Under the pieces are notes generated by a model. That model saw only the letters and a program-made list of their open reading frames with translations, was not told the origin of the DNA and searched no databases. A stretch of 64,000 nucleotides of DNA, taken from contig CAYRQF010000001.1 of the NCBI GenBank assembly GCA_964426385.1, positions 102,190-166,189 on the forward strand. The letters run 5' to 3'. A program made the translations under genes and the position numbers. Positions within the stretch are counted from its first letter, which is position 1. Each line of letters begins with the position of its first letter. Positions 1 through 8,213 of the stretch are shown here, piece after piece. This DNA comes from an uncultured Candidatus Saccharibacteria bacterium. GTDB taxonomy: Bacteria > Patescibacteriota > Minisyncoccia > Phycocordibacterales > CSBR16-119.

Positions 1-20
1 AAAATAGTAAAAATGAAAGT

Positions 21-656
21 TTGTCATGGGACGCACCGTATAGAAACGCCTGGTTAAAAATCAAAGATGATAAACAAATAATGTCTCAAGTTGCACAGAT
101 ACCACATCGTTCAAGAATTGCTCGAAAGACTAAAGGTGCTAGTGGTGTAGTCGCTTTTGCGAAAAAAAGCGGAAATTATGTATTTGCATTTGGAGCAACC
201 CCAGAAATGGTTGATATAGTTTCTCCTCAAGTTGCACTTCCTTTATTTAACGAGGTAGTTGATTCTGAGCAATCCCTTGAGACAAGTATGAATTTTGATC
301 CCATCTATAAAATGGCAAAGGAGCATATCTTCAAAGACAATACTAGGGTGACCGTAGACGGTGGAAGAAAGCAGGATGCACTTAATCGTATCAAACTACT
401 GAGCGAGATATATCCACAAGCCAAGGACCTTTGTATAGATGTTATACGTGCAATTAAAGATCTCGATGCATTACCAAACGGAGTTTTGAAAGAAATAGTA
501 AATTTAAGAATTGAGAAGACAAACCCTGATAGTGCATACCAGGAATTAAGAATCCTAATTCCAAATAAATATATCGAAAGTATCTTCAAGACAGCAGAAC
601 GGGCTAATGACGATGGGCAACTTATCGTGTTGTCTGAAGAGTTAATCCCATCATGA
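21..656 (+). CDS. Hypothetical protein, first gene of the methyltransferase operon. The frame is open to the window start, so the 5' end may lie upstream of position 1.
   Basis: 211-aa ORF annotated with a TTG start at 21. The frame stays open back to nt 3, so the gene may begin outside the window. Its stop overlaps the start of the downstream MTase gene (ATGA overlap at 653-656), indicating translational coupling. AT-rich composition. No motif recognised. Confidence 0.45.
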   Translation: MSWDAPYRNAWLKIKDDKQIMSQVAQIPHRSRIARKTKGASGVVAFAKKSGNYVFAFGATPEMVDIVSPQVALPLFNEVVDSEQSLETSMNFDPIYKMAKEHIFKDNTRVTVDGGRKQDALNRIKLLSEIYPQAKDLCIDVIRAIKDLDALPNGVLKEIVNLRIEKTNPDSAYQELRILIPNKYIESIFKTAERANDDGQLIVLSEELIPS

Positions 657-3600
657 AATTAAACGAGAAGTATAATCAGGGCCCTTTTATTGATTTTATT
701 GGTAATTTTTTACCTGATGATTTTCAATTAAAAGACGAAGATATTATTATTAAAAAAGATAGATATAAAGAAATCAGCAAAGCAAAAATTTTAGGCTTTT
801 GTGAATCGTTAGATTTGCATGTCTTAGAGATGGACCATACTCATGATAAGGATCCGAGAATAACCATAGCAACTGACGCGTTTAAAATCTTAGCAGACCA
901 TTGGATTCACCGAGCCCTAGTTATCTTCAAAAATAACGATTCTGAAAACTATCGCTTTTCGTATTTAACCATTACCTTAGATCTTAATGATAAAAATAAG
1001 GTCACGAAGAAATATTCTAATGCACGTCGATACTCTTTCTATTTGGGTGGTAATGCAAAAGTTAAAACACCAGAACAACAACTTATCAAAAAAGGCAGAA
1101 TTAAAGACGTAGAAGATTTGCTCAGTAGATTTTCTGTTGAGGTTGTTAATAAGCAATTTTATTTTGAGATTGCGAAATTCTTTGATGAACTTGTTTCAGG
1201 TGAAGATAAAAATCTAATACTTCCGGGCATATCTGAAGAAGATACAAATACGCGAAAGAGTTTCGCTGTTCGGCTCATTGGTCGTATTATGTTTTGTTGG
1301 TTTTTGAAACAGAAAAAATCAAATAATGGTCAGCTTATTCCTGATGAATTGCTTTCTTCAAAGATAGTTTCGGATAACTACTATCACAGTACGCTTGAGC
1401 CGTTATTTTTTGGCGTACTAAATACAAACATCGATTCTCGCGATATTCGTAGCGATTCCTTTGATAAAGTGCCGTATCTCAATGGAGGACTTTTTAACCC
1501 TCAATCAGACGATTATTATGAGCTCGATAGGGGAACTTTCGCCTCAAGGCACATAAACACTCTTAAAATCAATGATTCTTGGCTTAAGGACTTTTTTGAG
1601 CTTCTTGAAACTTATAACTTTACCATTGATGAAAATACAGTTTTTGATCAAGAACTTTCTGTTGATCCGGAAATGCTCGGTAGAATTTTTGAAAATCTAC
1701 TTGCAGAAATAAATCCCGAAACCGGAAGTAGTGATCGCAAGAGAACAGGGAGCTTTTATACTCCGCGTCAAATAGTTGAGTATATGGTTGATCAATCGTT
1801 GGTTGAATATCTAAAGACTAAGACAAAAATTAATGAAAAAAAGATATCAGCACTTGTTAGTTATGATTTAACAGATGATACAGAACATCCACTAAATAAT
1901 GACGAAAAACAAGAAATTATAAATGCGATAGAATCTCTTAAAATTCTTGACCCTGCTTGTGGTTCCGGTGCATACCCAATCGGCGCACTTCAGAAAATTG
2001 TTTACATTCTCCAGCAAATTGATCCGGATTGTAAAATGTGGCTTGAGCAGAAACTAAAAAATATTCCGGAGTTATATAAGAAAAAAATAATTGACGAAGT
2101 TAAATCTAACCCTTTTGACTACACACGAAAACTTGATGTTATTAAAAATTCAATCTTCGGTGTAGATATTCAACCAATTGCGGTGGATGTTTCCCGCTTG
2201 AGATGTTTTTTGACACTCGTCGTTGAGTCAGAAGTAAATGATACAAAACCAAACAGAGGAATAGAACCTTTACCGAACTTAGACTTTAAATTTGTATGTG
2301 CGAATACTTTGATTGGCTTGCCAAAATCTCAATCCAGCAATCTTTTCGAAGATCATTCCGGTATAATTGAGCTTTCAAAAATAATGTCGGAGTATTTTTC
2401 ATGTAATAGTCAAAGAAAAAATGAAATTAAACTTAAATTTACAAATTTACAAAAAGGAATATTAGAAAAGACGGTATCCGCCTTCGGTAAAAATACGGGA
2501 GAGCTAACTTTAAAACTTACAACTTGGAATCCGTTTAGTAATAATTCAAATTCTTGGTTTGACCCGGAATGGATGTTTGGATTGGGGGAAAAGTTTGATG
2601 TGGTTATCGGCAATCCGCCTTATGTTGATTCAGAGACAATGGTGAAAGATAACCCTGATTTGAGAAATTTATATACTTCGCTTTACAAAACAGCTAAAGG
2701 TAATTGGGATTTGTTTATCATTTTTATAGAGCAGGGCATTAATTTTCTAAGCCATTATGGAAATTTGTCATTCATCGTGCCTAACAAATTGATTGCCGCA
2801 AAATATTCTGAGTCAATTAGGCTCCACATGCAGACTAAAAATATAAAATACATAAGGGATTATTCTGATGTGAGGGTGTTTAAGGAGGCGAGTGTCTACC
2901 CGATTGTTTTTCAGATATCAAACTCATTAAATTCAGATTCAAGCATCATCTTAACAAAAATGAAAGATATTGAAGAATACGAATTAATTAACCAAATACC
3001 TCACGCGCTGTTTTATACGGACGTATTCTGGGATAGGTATTTTATAAAACCAGAAGCACTCAAAGTAATTATTAAAATCTCACAAAATCCTAAACTTGAA
3101 AAAATTAACGACTTAGTTTTGGGCGCAGCCACTGTTAATGAAGCATATCAGTTAAAAGAAATTATTACTGAGGCAGAAATTGAAAAACAAGAATATAAAA
3201 AACTAATTAATTCTGGAACAATTGATCCATATACTTCTTTATGGGGTGACAAAAAAACTCAATATATTAAATCGTCATATAAAGCACCCGTAGTCGAAAA
3301 TGACGAGCTAAACAAATTATTGCCGAGACGGTTTATTCAGGCGAATAGTGAAAAGCTTATTGTTGCCGGTATGTCAAAGAGATTAGAGGTTCTCTACGAT
3401 TCCGGTGAATACATTGCTGGTAAATCTACCACAATCATTTTAAATAATGAGAAAATTAACATGTTGTATTTACTTGCAGTTCTTAATTCAAAATTGATTT
3501 CTTATTGGTATAAGGTCTATTTTAGTTCTTTGTCACTTGCTGGAGGTTATCTAAGAATTAGTAATAACGAAATCAAAAAAATTCCAATCGTAGTGGCTGA

Positions 3601-3763
3601 TAAAAATACGCAAGAAGTTATGATTAAAATTGTTAACCAAATTCACGATTATAAAAAGGGAAGTAATAAAAATACAGACGACCTTGAGTCAAAAATTGAT
3701 GAATTAGTTATGGATTTATATGGACTAAGTGAGGAGGAAAAAGAAATAATTAGAAATTCATAA
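653..3763 (+). CDS. Gamma-class N6-adenine DNA methyltransferase, Type IIG/IIL restriction-modification-like (MmeI / BREX PglX family architecture)
   Basis: 1036-aa ORF. Motif X GSFYTPRQIVEYMV, motif I ILDPACGSGAYPIG and motif IV VIGNPPY occur in the gamma-class order. The N-terminus GPFIDFIGNF...SLDLHVLEMD resembles the MmeI-family N-terminal nuclease region, but the ExK lysine is replaced (D54, E59, D61). The LNGGLF helical-linker motif is present. The roughly 380-aa C-terminus is consistent with a target-recognition domain. Confidence 0.8.
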   Translation: MKLNEKYNQGPFIDFIGNFLPDDFQLKDEDIIIKKDRYKEISKAKILGFCESLDLHVLEMDHTHDKDPRITIATDAFKILADHWIHRALVIFKNNDSENYRFSYLTITLDLNDKNKVTKKYSNARRYSFYLGGNAKVKTPEQQLIKKGRIKDVEDLLSRFSVEVVNKQFYFEIAKFFDELVSGEDKNLILPGISEEDTNTRKSFAVRLIGRIMFCWFLKQKKSNNGQLIPDELLSSKIVSDNYYHSTLEPLFFGVLNTNIDSRDIRSDSFDKVPYLNGGLFNPQSDDYYELDRGTFASRHINTLKINDSWLKDFFELLETYNFTIDENTVFDQELSVDPEMLGRIFENLLAEINPETGSSDRKRTGSFYTPRQIVEYMVDQSLVEYLKTKTKINEKKISALVSYDLTDDTEHPLNNDEKQEIINAIESLKILDPACGSGAYPIGALQKIVYILQQIDPDCKMWLEQKLKNIPELYKKKIIDEVKSNPFDYTRKLDVIKNSIFGVDIQPIAVDVSRLRCFLTLVVESEVNDTKPNRGIEPLPNLDFKFVCANTLIGLPKSQSSNLFEDHSGIIELSKIMSEYFSCNSQRKNEIKLKFTNLQKGILEKTVSAFGKNTGELTLKLTTWNPFSNNSNSWFDPEWMFGLGEKFDVVIGNPPYVDSETMVKDNPDLRNLYTSLYKTAKGNWDLFIIFIEQGINFLSHYGNLSFIVPNKLIAAKYSESIRLHMQTKNIKYIRDYSDVRVFKEASVYPIVFQISNSLNSDSSIILTKMKDIEEYELINQIPHALFYTDVFWDRYFIKPEALKVIIKISQNPKLEKINDLVLGAATVNEAYQLKEIITEAEIEKQEYKKLINSGTIDPYTSLWGDKKTQYIKSSYKAPVVENDELNKLLPRRFIQANSEKLIVAGMSKRLEVLYDSGEYIAGKSTTIILNNEKINMLYLLAVLNSKLISYWYKVYFSSLSLAGGYLRISNNEIKKIPIVVADKNTQEVMIKIVNQIHDYKKGSNKNTDDLESKIDELVMDLYGLSEEEKEIIRNS

Positions 3764-3766
3764 AAT

Positions 3767-4672
3767 ATGATTGATGGAGATAAAAAGGAAATAAAGGAAA
3801 TCGTTATTACTCTTCACGGAGACTTAATGAGTGACAACAGTGTTGACTATAGGACAGTATTTGATGTTGTCGATGGGTCAATTGGTGCTATAGAAGGGTT
3901 CTCTCGTATTGCTAATTTTAACCAAGTTGTGAGTTATCGAGTGAAGCCGCCACGAAAGGGAAGTTTTGAAATATCGATTCAGGCAGTTCAGTTACTAGGA
4001 GTAGCCACGTTACCTATTATACAGAATGCTGGGACTATTAAAGATGTTATTAATCTTTTTACCGAGTATGTAAAAATTAAAAAAGCCCTAAGGGGTGAAG
4101 AGTTAAATAAAGAAAATATTCAAACTAATGAAAATGGAGATATTATTATAAAAAATAAAAGTGGATCCGTAGTTTATAATGATAATAGGAGGATAATCAG
4201 TGTTAATGTTATTAATAATGCGATAGCAGATCCACAAATAAATAAAAAAATAGATAAAATTGTAACCGCATTAGAGAAGAATGAGCAAGTTGATACTATA
4301 TTATTTAAGGATCCAGAATTAAAAGAAAATAACACTTTAACTATAAATAAAACAGATGTAGATGCATTAAAGTATAAAGAAAAATTTGAAGAAAAAGCAG
4401 ACCAACTTGTCGGCTATATAAGAATGATAAACAATAAAACCAATAAGGGAATAATTACAGCTTCAAATGATGAGAAGGGTCGAGGAATTAATTTTGAAAT
4501 TGACATAAAAGACATAGACCTTCTTGATAAGGTCGTCAGAAATCTTGCCCTGGCTGAAGCAGATAGATCAAGAGTGGTGTTCTCCGGTGAAAAGACTCTT
4601 GATTCTGTAGGGAATATAAAAAAGATTATTGTAAATGATGTTGATATTGTAGACAAATCATTTGATTTTTAA
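3767..4672 (+). CDS. Hypothetical protein, third gene of the methyltransferase operon
   Basis: 301-aa ORF starting 4 nt after the MTase stop. Low-complexity, K/N/D/I-rich and AT-rich. No recognisable motif. Confidence 0.45.
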   Translation: MIDGDKKEIKEIVITLHGDLMSDNSVDYRTVFDVVDGSIGAIEGFSRIANFNQVVSYRVKPPRKGSFEISIQAVQLLGVATLPIIQNAGTIKDVINLFTEYVKIKKALRGEELNKENIQTNENGDIIIKNKSGSVVYNDNRRIISVNVINNAIADPQINKKIDKIVTALEKNEQVDTILFKDPELKENNTLTINKTDVDALKYKEKFEEKADQLVGYIRMINNKTNKGIITASNDEKGRGINFEIDIKDIDLLDKVVRNLALAEADRSRVVFSGEKTLDSVGNIKKIIVNDVDIVDKSFDF

Positions 4673-4680
4673 TTGATTTC

Positions 4681-4731
4681 ATGGACATACTTGCGCACAC
4701 ATTATGGGCGAATGCCGGGGCAAGGGGGTAG
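4681..4731 (+). pseudogene. Duplicated 5' fragment (16 codons plus stop) of the ydjM-like membrane protein gene found at 6688
   Basis: ATGGACATACTTGCGCACACATTATGGGCGAATGCCGGGGCAAGGGGGTAG encodes MDILAHTLWANAGARG*. It is near-identical to the first 16 codons of ORF 6688..7242 (MDILAHTLWTNAGARG...). Confidence 0.55.
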
Positions 4732-4869
4732 GGTAGTACAATTCCTTTCATTCATATTTCCCGTCCATCTCACTCCTTCCACCCCATCATTTAACCCCCG
4801 ATCTCACTATTTCATCACCCCTCCAGACCACTAGTCCATACTAGCATTTTGCAAAACACTGCAATAAGG
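4715..4869 (+). repeat. Direct repeat copy A (about 155 bp): G-rich core CCGGGGCAAGGGGGTAGGGTAGTA followed by a C/T-rich block and a conserved ACTAGCATTTTGCAAAACACTG box
   Basis: About 90% identical to copy B at 5835..6032. Contains repeated GATCTCACT submotifs. Ends in a palindromic TTTTGCAAAA box followed by an AATAAG -10-like element upstream of ORF 4900. Confidence 0.7.
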
Positions 4870-4899
4870 AAATTTAGAGAAGAATGGTAAAATAGATTT

Positions 4900-5493
4900 A
4901 TGAAAAAATATCATACTGTATTAATTCTTGTAGCGCTGGTAATTGCGTCTATATTTCTTGCTTCACTGCTGGAGGAGGTTACTTGGCGACGGTCTGCTAA
5001 TAAAAAGGCAGTTCTCCAAGAGCAGGCCATAGAGCAAGTTCCTGCTGTTGCTGATACACAAAATATAGAGCCCGAAGAATCTATAAAATCTCCCGTTAAC
5101 TACGAAGCCGCAAATGATTACATTCTTGATAGTGGATGTAGTTATGACATGTCTAATAATGCATACACGAACTGTGCAGAGGATGCGTTAAATAAAATAA
5201 AGGAGGTAAAAAAGAATGATTTTAAAAAATTAAAGGAACTAATGAATAGCAGGGAAGACAATGTCCTAACCTCCAATCAAGAAGAAAACCAAAAGCTGTA
5301 TAGCTGGTATGAATCTTCTGAAAAGGCCAACAGTCTAAGATGCCTAGTCGCTATGTATTGGACAAGGGCTGGTTCTGCTTACAATCAGAACATATATATG
5401 TGTGAAATACAGGAAACACTTACAGATATTGAAATAATCAATGAAAACTACAAAGAAATAAAAGAATGGATTGATACCATGGATATTTATTAA
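4900..5493 (+). CDS. Hypothetical signal-anchored/secreted protein
   Basis: 197 aa with an N-terminal hydrophobic segment (LILVALVIASIFLASLL). AT-rich. Preceded by repeat copy A. Confidence 0.45.
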   Translation: MKKYHTVLILVALVIASIFLASLLEEVTWRRSANKKAVLQEQAIEQVPAVADTQNIEPEESIKSPVNYEAANDYILDSGCSYDMSNNAYTNCAEDALNKIKEVKKNDFKKLKELMNSREDNVLTSNQEENQKLYSWYESSEKANSLRCLVAMYWTRAGSAYNQNIYMCEIQETLTDIEIINENYKEIKEWIDTMDIY

Positions 5494-5516
5494 TTTATGA
5501 AATATACTATAAAATT

Positions 5517-5777
5517 ATGAAATACTTAATATTAATATTTATACTAATAATATTTTTCTGGTATGTAATACGACCCCAAGTCCTATCAAAAAATATTTGC
5601 GAGTCAACATACGTATACCATAGTTTAATTGAAAACGGTGTCTTGGTAAATTACCATACGGCATCTGGTGTAACAGGACCGACAATAGAATTTTCTAGTA
5701 AAAAATCGGCTATAAAATCCTGTACGTATTTTCACAAAAAAATGTATAGGTCTTCTTTTCCTTTCTATTTATTTTAA
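5517..5777 (+). CDS. Hypothetical small membrane protein
   Basis: 86 aa with an N-terminal TM segment (YLILIFILIIFFWYVI). The ORF ends in an A/T-rich tail. Confidence 0.3.
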   Translation: MKYLILIFILIIFFWYVIRPQVLSKNICESTYVYHSLIENGVLVNYHTASGVTGPTIEFSSKKSAIKSCTYFHKKMYRSSFPFYLF

Positions 5778-5834
5778 AAAAGGAAATAGGGTCAGCCACA
5801 AAGTATCAAACCAATATGAAAAAATTTACATTGT

Positions 5835-6032
5835 CGCGGGGGCGAGGGGGTAGGGTAGTATTGTTTTACAATTCCTTTTTTTAATTTCTTTCATTCATGT
5901 TTCCCGTCCCATCTCACTCCTCCCACCCCATCATTTAACCCCCGATCTCACTCCTTCCACCACGATCTCACTATTTCATCACCCCTCCAGACCATTAGTC
6001 TATACTAGTATTTTGCAAAACACTGGTATGAG
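5835..6032 (+). repeat. Direct repeat copy B (about 200 bp) with core CGCGGGGGCGAGGGGGTAGGGTAGTA and box ACTAGTATTTTGCAAAACACTGGTATGAG
   Basis: Aligns with copy A over its whole length, and with the 5' end of gene 6688 over the G-rich core. Ends immediately upstream of the arsR-like gene. A TGGTATGAG extended -10-like element follows the box. Confidence 0.7.
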
Positions 6033-6061
6033 AAAAAAGGCGGTGATATAATTAAAAAACT

Positions 6062-6334
6062 ATGGCATTGGACTATCGAAAAGTTGAAAGGTTGTTAAAA
6101 GGTTTTGCCAATCATAATCGGCTCAAGATTTTGGAATTGCTAGAAAAACAGCCAGAACTGTCTGTGGCTGGCATATCAGAGAAACTTAAAATAGGGTATG
6201 AGAACGCGTCAGATCATATTCGTAAAATGGCTATTGCCGGACTTCTCTTGAAACGTAACGACGGCCCCAACGTCCGCCACCGCCTCACCCCAAAGGCAAT
6301 CTCAATACTAGCATTTTGCAAAACACTAGTATAA
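6062..6334 (+). CDS. ArsR/SmtB-family winged-helix transcriptional regulator
   Basis: 90 aa. NHNRLKILELLEKQPELSVAGISEKLKIGYENASDHIRKMAIAGLL matches the ArsR HTH signature. The 3' end of the gene itself contains the third copy of the TTTTGCAAAA box. Confidence 0.8.
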   Translation: MALDYRKVERLLKGFANHNRLKILELLEKQPELSVAGISEKLKIGYENASDHIRKMAIAGLLLKRNDGPNVRHRLTPKAISILAFCKTLV

Positions 6335-6336
6335 GA
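6296..6336 (+). promoter_or_regulatory. Third copy (C) of the conserved box ATACTAGCATTTTGCAAAACACTAGTATAAG: imperfect palindrome ACTAG-N-TTTTGCAAAA-N-CTAGT plus a TATAAG -10-like element
   Basis: The same box ends repeat A (4846..4869) and repeat B (6004..6032). Here it overlaps the arsR stop and lies upstream of the phnA-like ORF. Candidate operator or promoter. Confidence 0.45.
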
Positions 6337-6390
6337 AAATAGGCGGATATTGAGTGCTGAATTGATATAAAAATACTATAATCGAATCAT

Positions 6391-6654
6391 ATGTCACATG
6401 AAAACCAAGATTTAGAATCAGAAGACGTAGAAGAAACCGAAGCCTGCGTTGATAGCGACGGGAAACCCCTGCTGTCTGGAGATGAGGTATCGGTGATCAA
6501 GGACCTGAAAGTCGGCGGGACGAAACTAACGATTAGAAAGGGGACAGTAATCAAAAATATTAGATTAACCGACGACGTCGAGGAGATCGAATGCCGTTAT
6601 GATGATATGAAAGGCATTATTCTTCGTACTGAATTTTTACGCAAACGTTCGTAG
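6391..6654 (+). CDS. PhnA-domain (YjdC-like) small protein
   Basis: 87 aa. DGKPLLSGDEVSVIKDLKVGGTKLTIRKGTVIKNIRLTDDVEEIECRYDDMKGIILRTEFLRK matches the PhnA C-terminal domain pattern (KDLKVKG...KNIRLV...C...). Confidence 0.6.
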   Translation: MSHENQDLESEDVEETEACVDSDGKPLLSGDEVSVIKDLKVGGTKLTIRKGTVIKNIRLTDDVEEIECRYDDMKGIILRTEFLRKRS

Positions 6655-6687
6655 GTTTATATTGGCAAAAATAATCATTACGAGATC

Positions 6688-7242
6688 ATGGATATATTGG
6701 CACACACATTATGGACGAACGCGGGGGCGAGGGGGGTGAATAAGCTTCGCGAGAAGAAGGGTAAACCTCGAATATTTCACGTCGGCTGGACAGCCTTCTG
6801 GGGCGTAGCGCCGGACTTCTTCGCCTTTACGGCGCCGTTCGTCATAGCTCTCTGGAACATCGTCTTTGGCGATGCCACATTTGGAAATATTCGCAGCAAT
6901 ATGGACGTGGGAGGGTTCGATCTCGCGGCGTACCTGTATCAGTACAGTCACTCCCTCGTTGTCTTCGCCGTAGTGTTCCTACTAGTCTGGCTCATCTCGC
7001 GCCGTCCACGCTGGGAGATGCTCGGCTGGGCACTCCATATACTCATCGATATCCCGTCTCACGACATCGGTTTCTACGCCACGCCGTTCCTATTCCCGAT
7101 ATCTGACTATCGTTTCCCATACGGCGTGTCCTGGGGTAACACTTACTACATGATCATCAACTACTCCGCACTAGTCCTAGTCTGGAGCGGTATCGCCATC
7201 GCGAAAATCCGCAAGACTATAAATGCCCGAAAGACCCTATAA
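6688..7242 (+). CDS. Membrane-bound metal-dependent hydrolase-like protein (YdjM/DUF457-like), GC-rich
   Basis: 184 aa with multiple TM segments and HTLW/HD motifs. Notably higher GC than its left neighbours. Its first 50 bp are duplicated at 4681 and partly at 5835. Confidence 0.45.
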   Translation: MDILAHTLWTNAGARGVNKLREKKGKPRIFHVGWTAFWGVAPDFFAFTAPFVIALWNIVFGDATFGNIRSNMDVGGFDLAAYLYQYSHSLVVFAVVFLLVWLISRRPRWEMLGWALHILIDIPSHDIGFYATPFLFPISDYRFPYGVSWGNTYYMIINYSALVLVWSGIAIAKIRKTINARKTL

Positions 7243-7286
7243 AATGGTTGTATTGACAACGTATATACAATGTATATACTAATGAT

Positions 7287-7547
7287 ATGACTACAATAAA
7301 CATTCGAATCGACGAAAAACTAAAGAAAGCGGCAGGGAAAACCCTGGCGTCTCTTGGCCTCGACACTTCTTCTGCTGTGAAGATGTTTCTTTCGCAGGTA
7401 GTAACCGAAAATGGTTTGCCATTTACTCCAAGTAAAGATCCGGCGAAGATTCGCGCTCGTTGGGATAAGGAAGTCGCAGAAGCTCTGAAGAATGGCAAGA
7501 GGTATTCTACGGCGGAAGAAATGCACAAAGATATCTTCAAGGTATAA
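7287..7547 (+). CDS. dinJ: DinJ/RelB-family antitoxin (ribbon-helix-helix)
   Basis: 86 aa. NIRIDEKLKKAAGKTLASLGLDTSSAVKMFLSQVVTENGLPF is a classic DinJ N-terminus. Immediately followed by a YafQ-like toxin gene. Confidence 0.8.
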   Translation: MTTINIRIDEKLKKAAGKTLASLGLDTSSAVKMFLSQVVTENGLPFTPSKDPAKIRARWDKEVAEALKNGKRYSTAEEMHKDIFKV

Positions 7548-7555
7548 TAATAAGC

Positions 7556-7831
7556 ATGTACGAAATCCAATTTTCGTCAACTTACAAAAAGTCTATTAAA
7601 AGAGTAAGGAAAGGTGGGAAGATCTCTATGTCAGAGGTCTACCTTGTCATCAACACTCTTGCCTCTGGTAAACCTCTTTCTGTAAAACACAGGGACCATA
7701 AGCTAAGTGGCGAATTTTCAATGTATCGAGAGTGTCACATCAAGCCAGACTTGTTACTTATATATCAAATCAAAAATGATATTCTAGTTTTGGTTTTAAT
7801 AAACATAGGTTCACACTCAGAGCTTTTCTAG
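7556..7831 (+). CDS. yafQ: YafQ/RelE-family type II toxin (mRNA interferase)
   Basis: 91 aa. KHRDHKLSGEFSMYRECHIKPDLLLIYQI...INIGSHSELF matches the YafQ signature (KDH.L.G...YR..H..PD.LLIY...GSHS.LF). 8 nt downstream of dinJ. Confidence 0.8.
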   Translation: MYEIQFSSTYKKSIKRVRKGGKISMSEVYLVINTLASGKPLSVKHRDHKLSGEFSMYRECHIKPDLLLIYQIKNDILVLVLINIGSHSELF

Positions 7832-7834
7832 GAA

Positions 7835-8086
7835 ATGTACACTTTATATATTCTCAAATGCTCTGACGGGAGTCTCTATACCGGCATCACCACAGACCTA
7901 GCGAGGAGAGTGGCTGAACATAACGCCGGCAAAACAGGCGCGAAGTATACCCGAGCGAGGCGACCGGTAGCAGTCGTATACTCTCGAAAGTTTCGCACAC
8001 GCTCTACTGCGTCTCGTGAAGAAGCGAGGATCAAGACTCTGACTCGCGTTGATAAACTCGAGTTGTTAAGCGCTAAATCTAAATAA
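7835..8086 (+). CDS. GIY-YIG nuclease family protein (UPF0213-like)
   Basis: 83 aa. YTLYILKCSDGSLYTGITTDLARRVAEHN carries the GIY-YIG core motifs. Confidence 0.75.
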   Translation: MYTLYILKCSDGSLYTGITTDLARRVAEHNAGKTGAKYTRARRPVAVVYSRKFRTRSTASREEARIKTLTRVDKLELLSAKSK

Positions 8087-8115
8087 GCGTATAATAGAAA
8101 TAGGCCGAAACGTTT

Positions 8116-8187
8116 ACCCCCACACCTACTTTTTCATAGTTCTTTGAACACGCGCCTTTAGCGCAATGAAAAAGTAGGTGTAGGGGT
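8116..8187. repeat. Long-stem hairpin H1: arms ACCCCCACACCTACTTTTTCAT / ATGAAAAAGTAGGTGTAGGGGT (21 of 22 bp) around a 28-nt loop containing GCGC
   Basis: Stem read directly from the sequence. Intergenic between the GIY-YIG and lapA-like genes. Shares the CCCCCACACCTA arm with H2 at 55687..55755. Confidence 0.6.
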
Positions 8188-8213
8188 TTATCAAAATTAA
8201 TTTAGAAAAATCT

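Noticed and set aside
7217-7580. Minus-strand ORFs 7217..7570 and 7320..7580 opposite the dinJ-like gene
   Set aside because: Antisense to a clearly recognisable DinJ antitoxin. No motifs.
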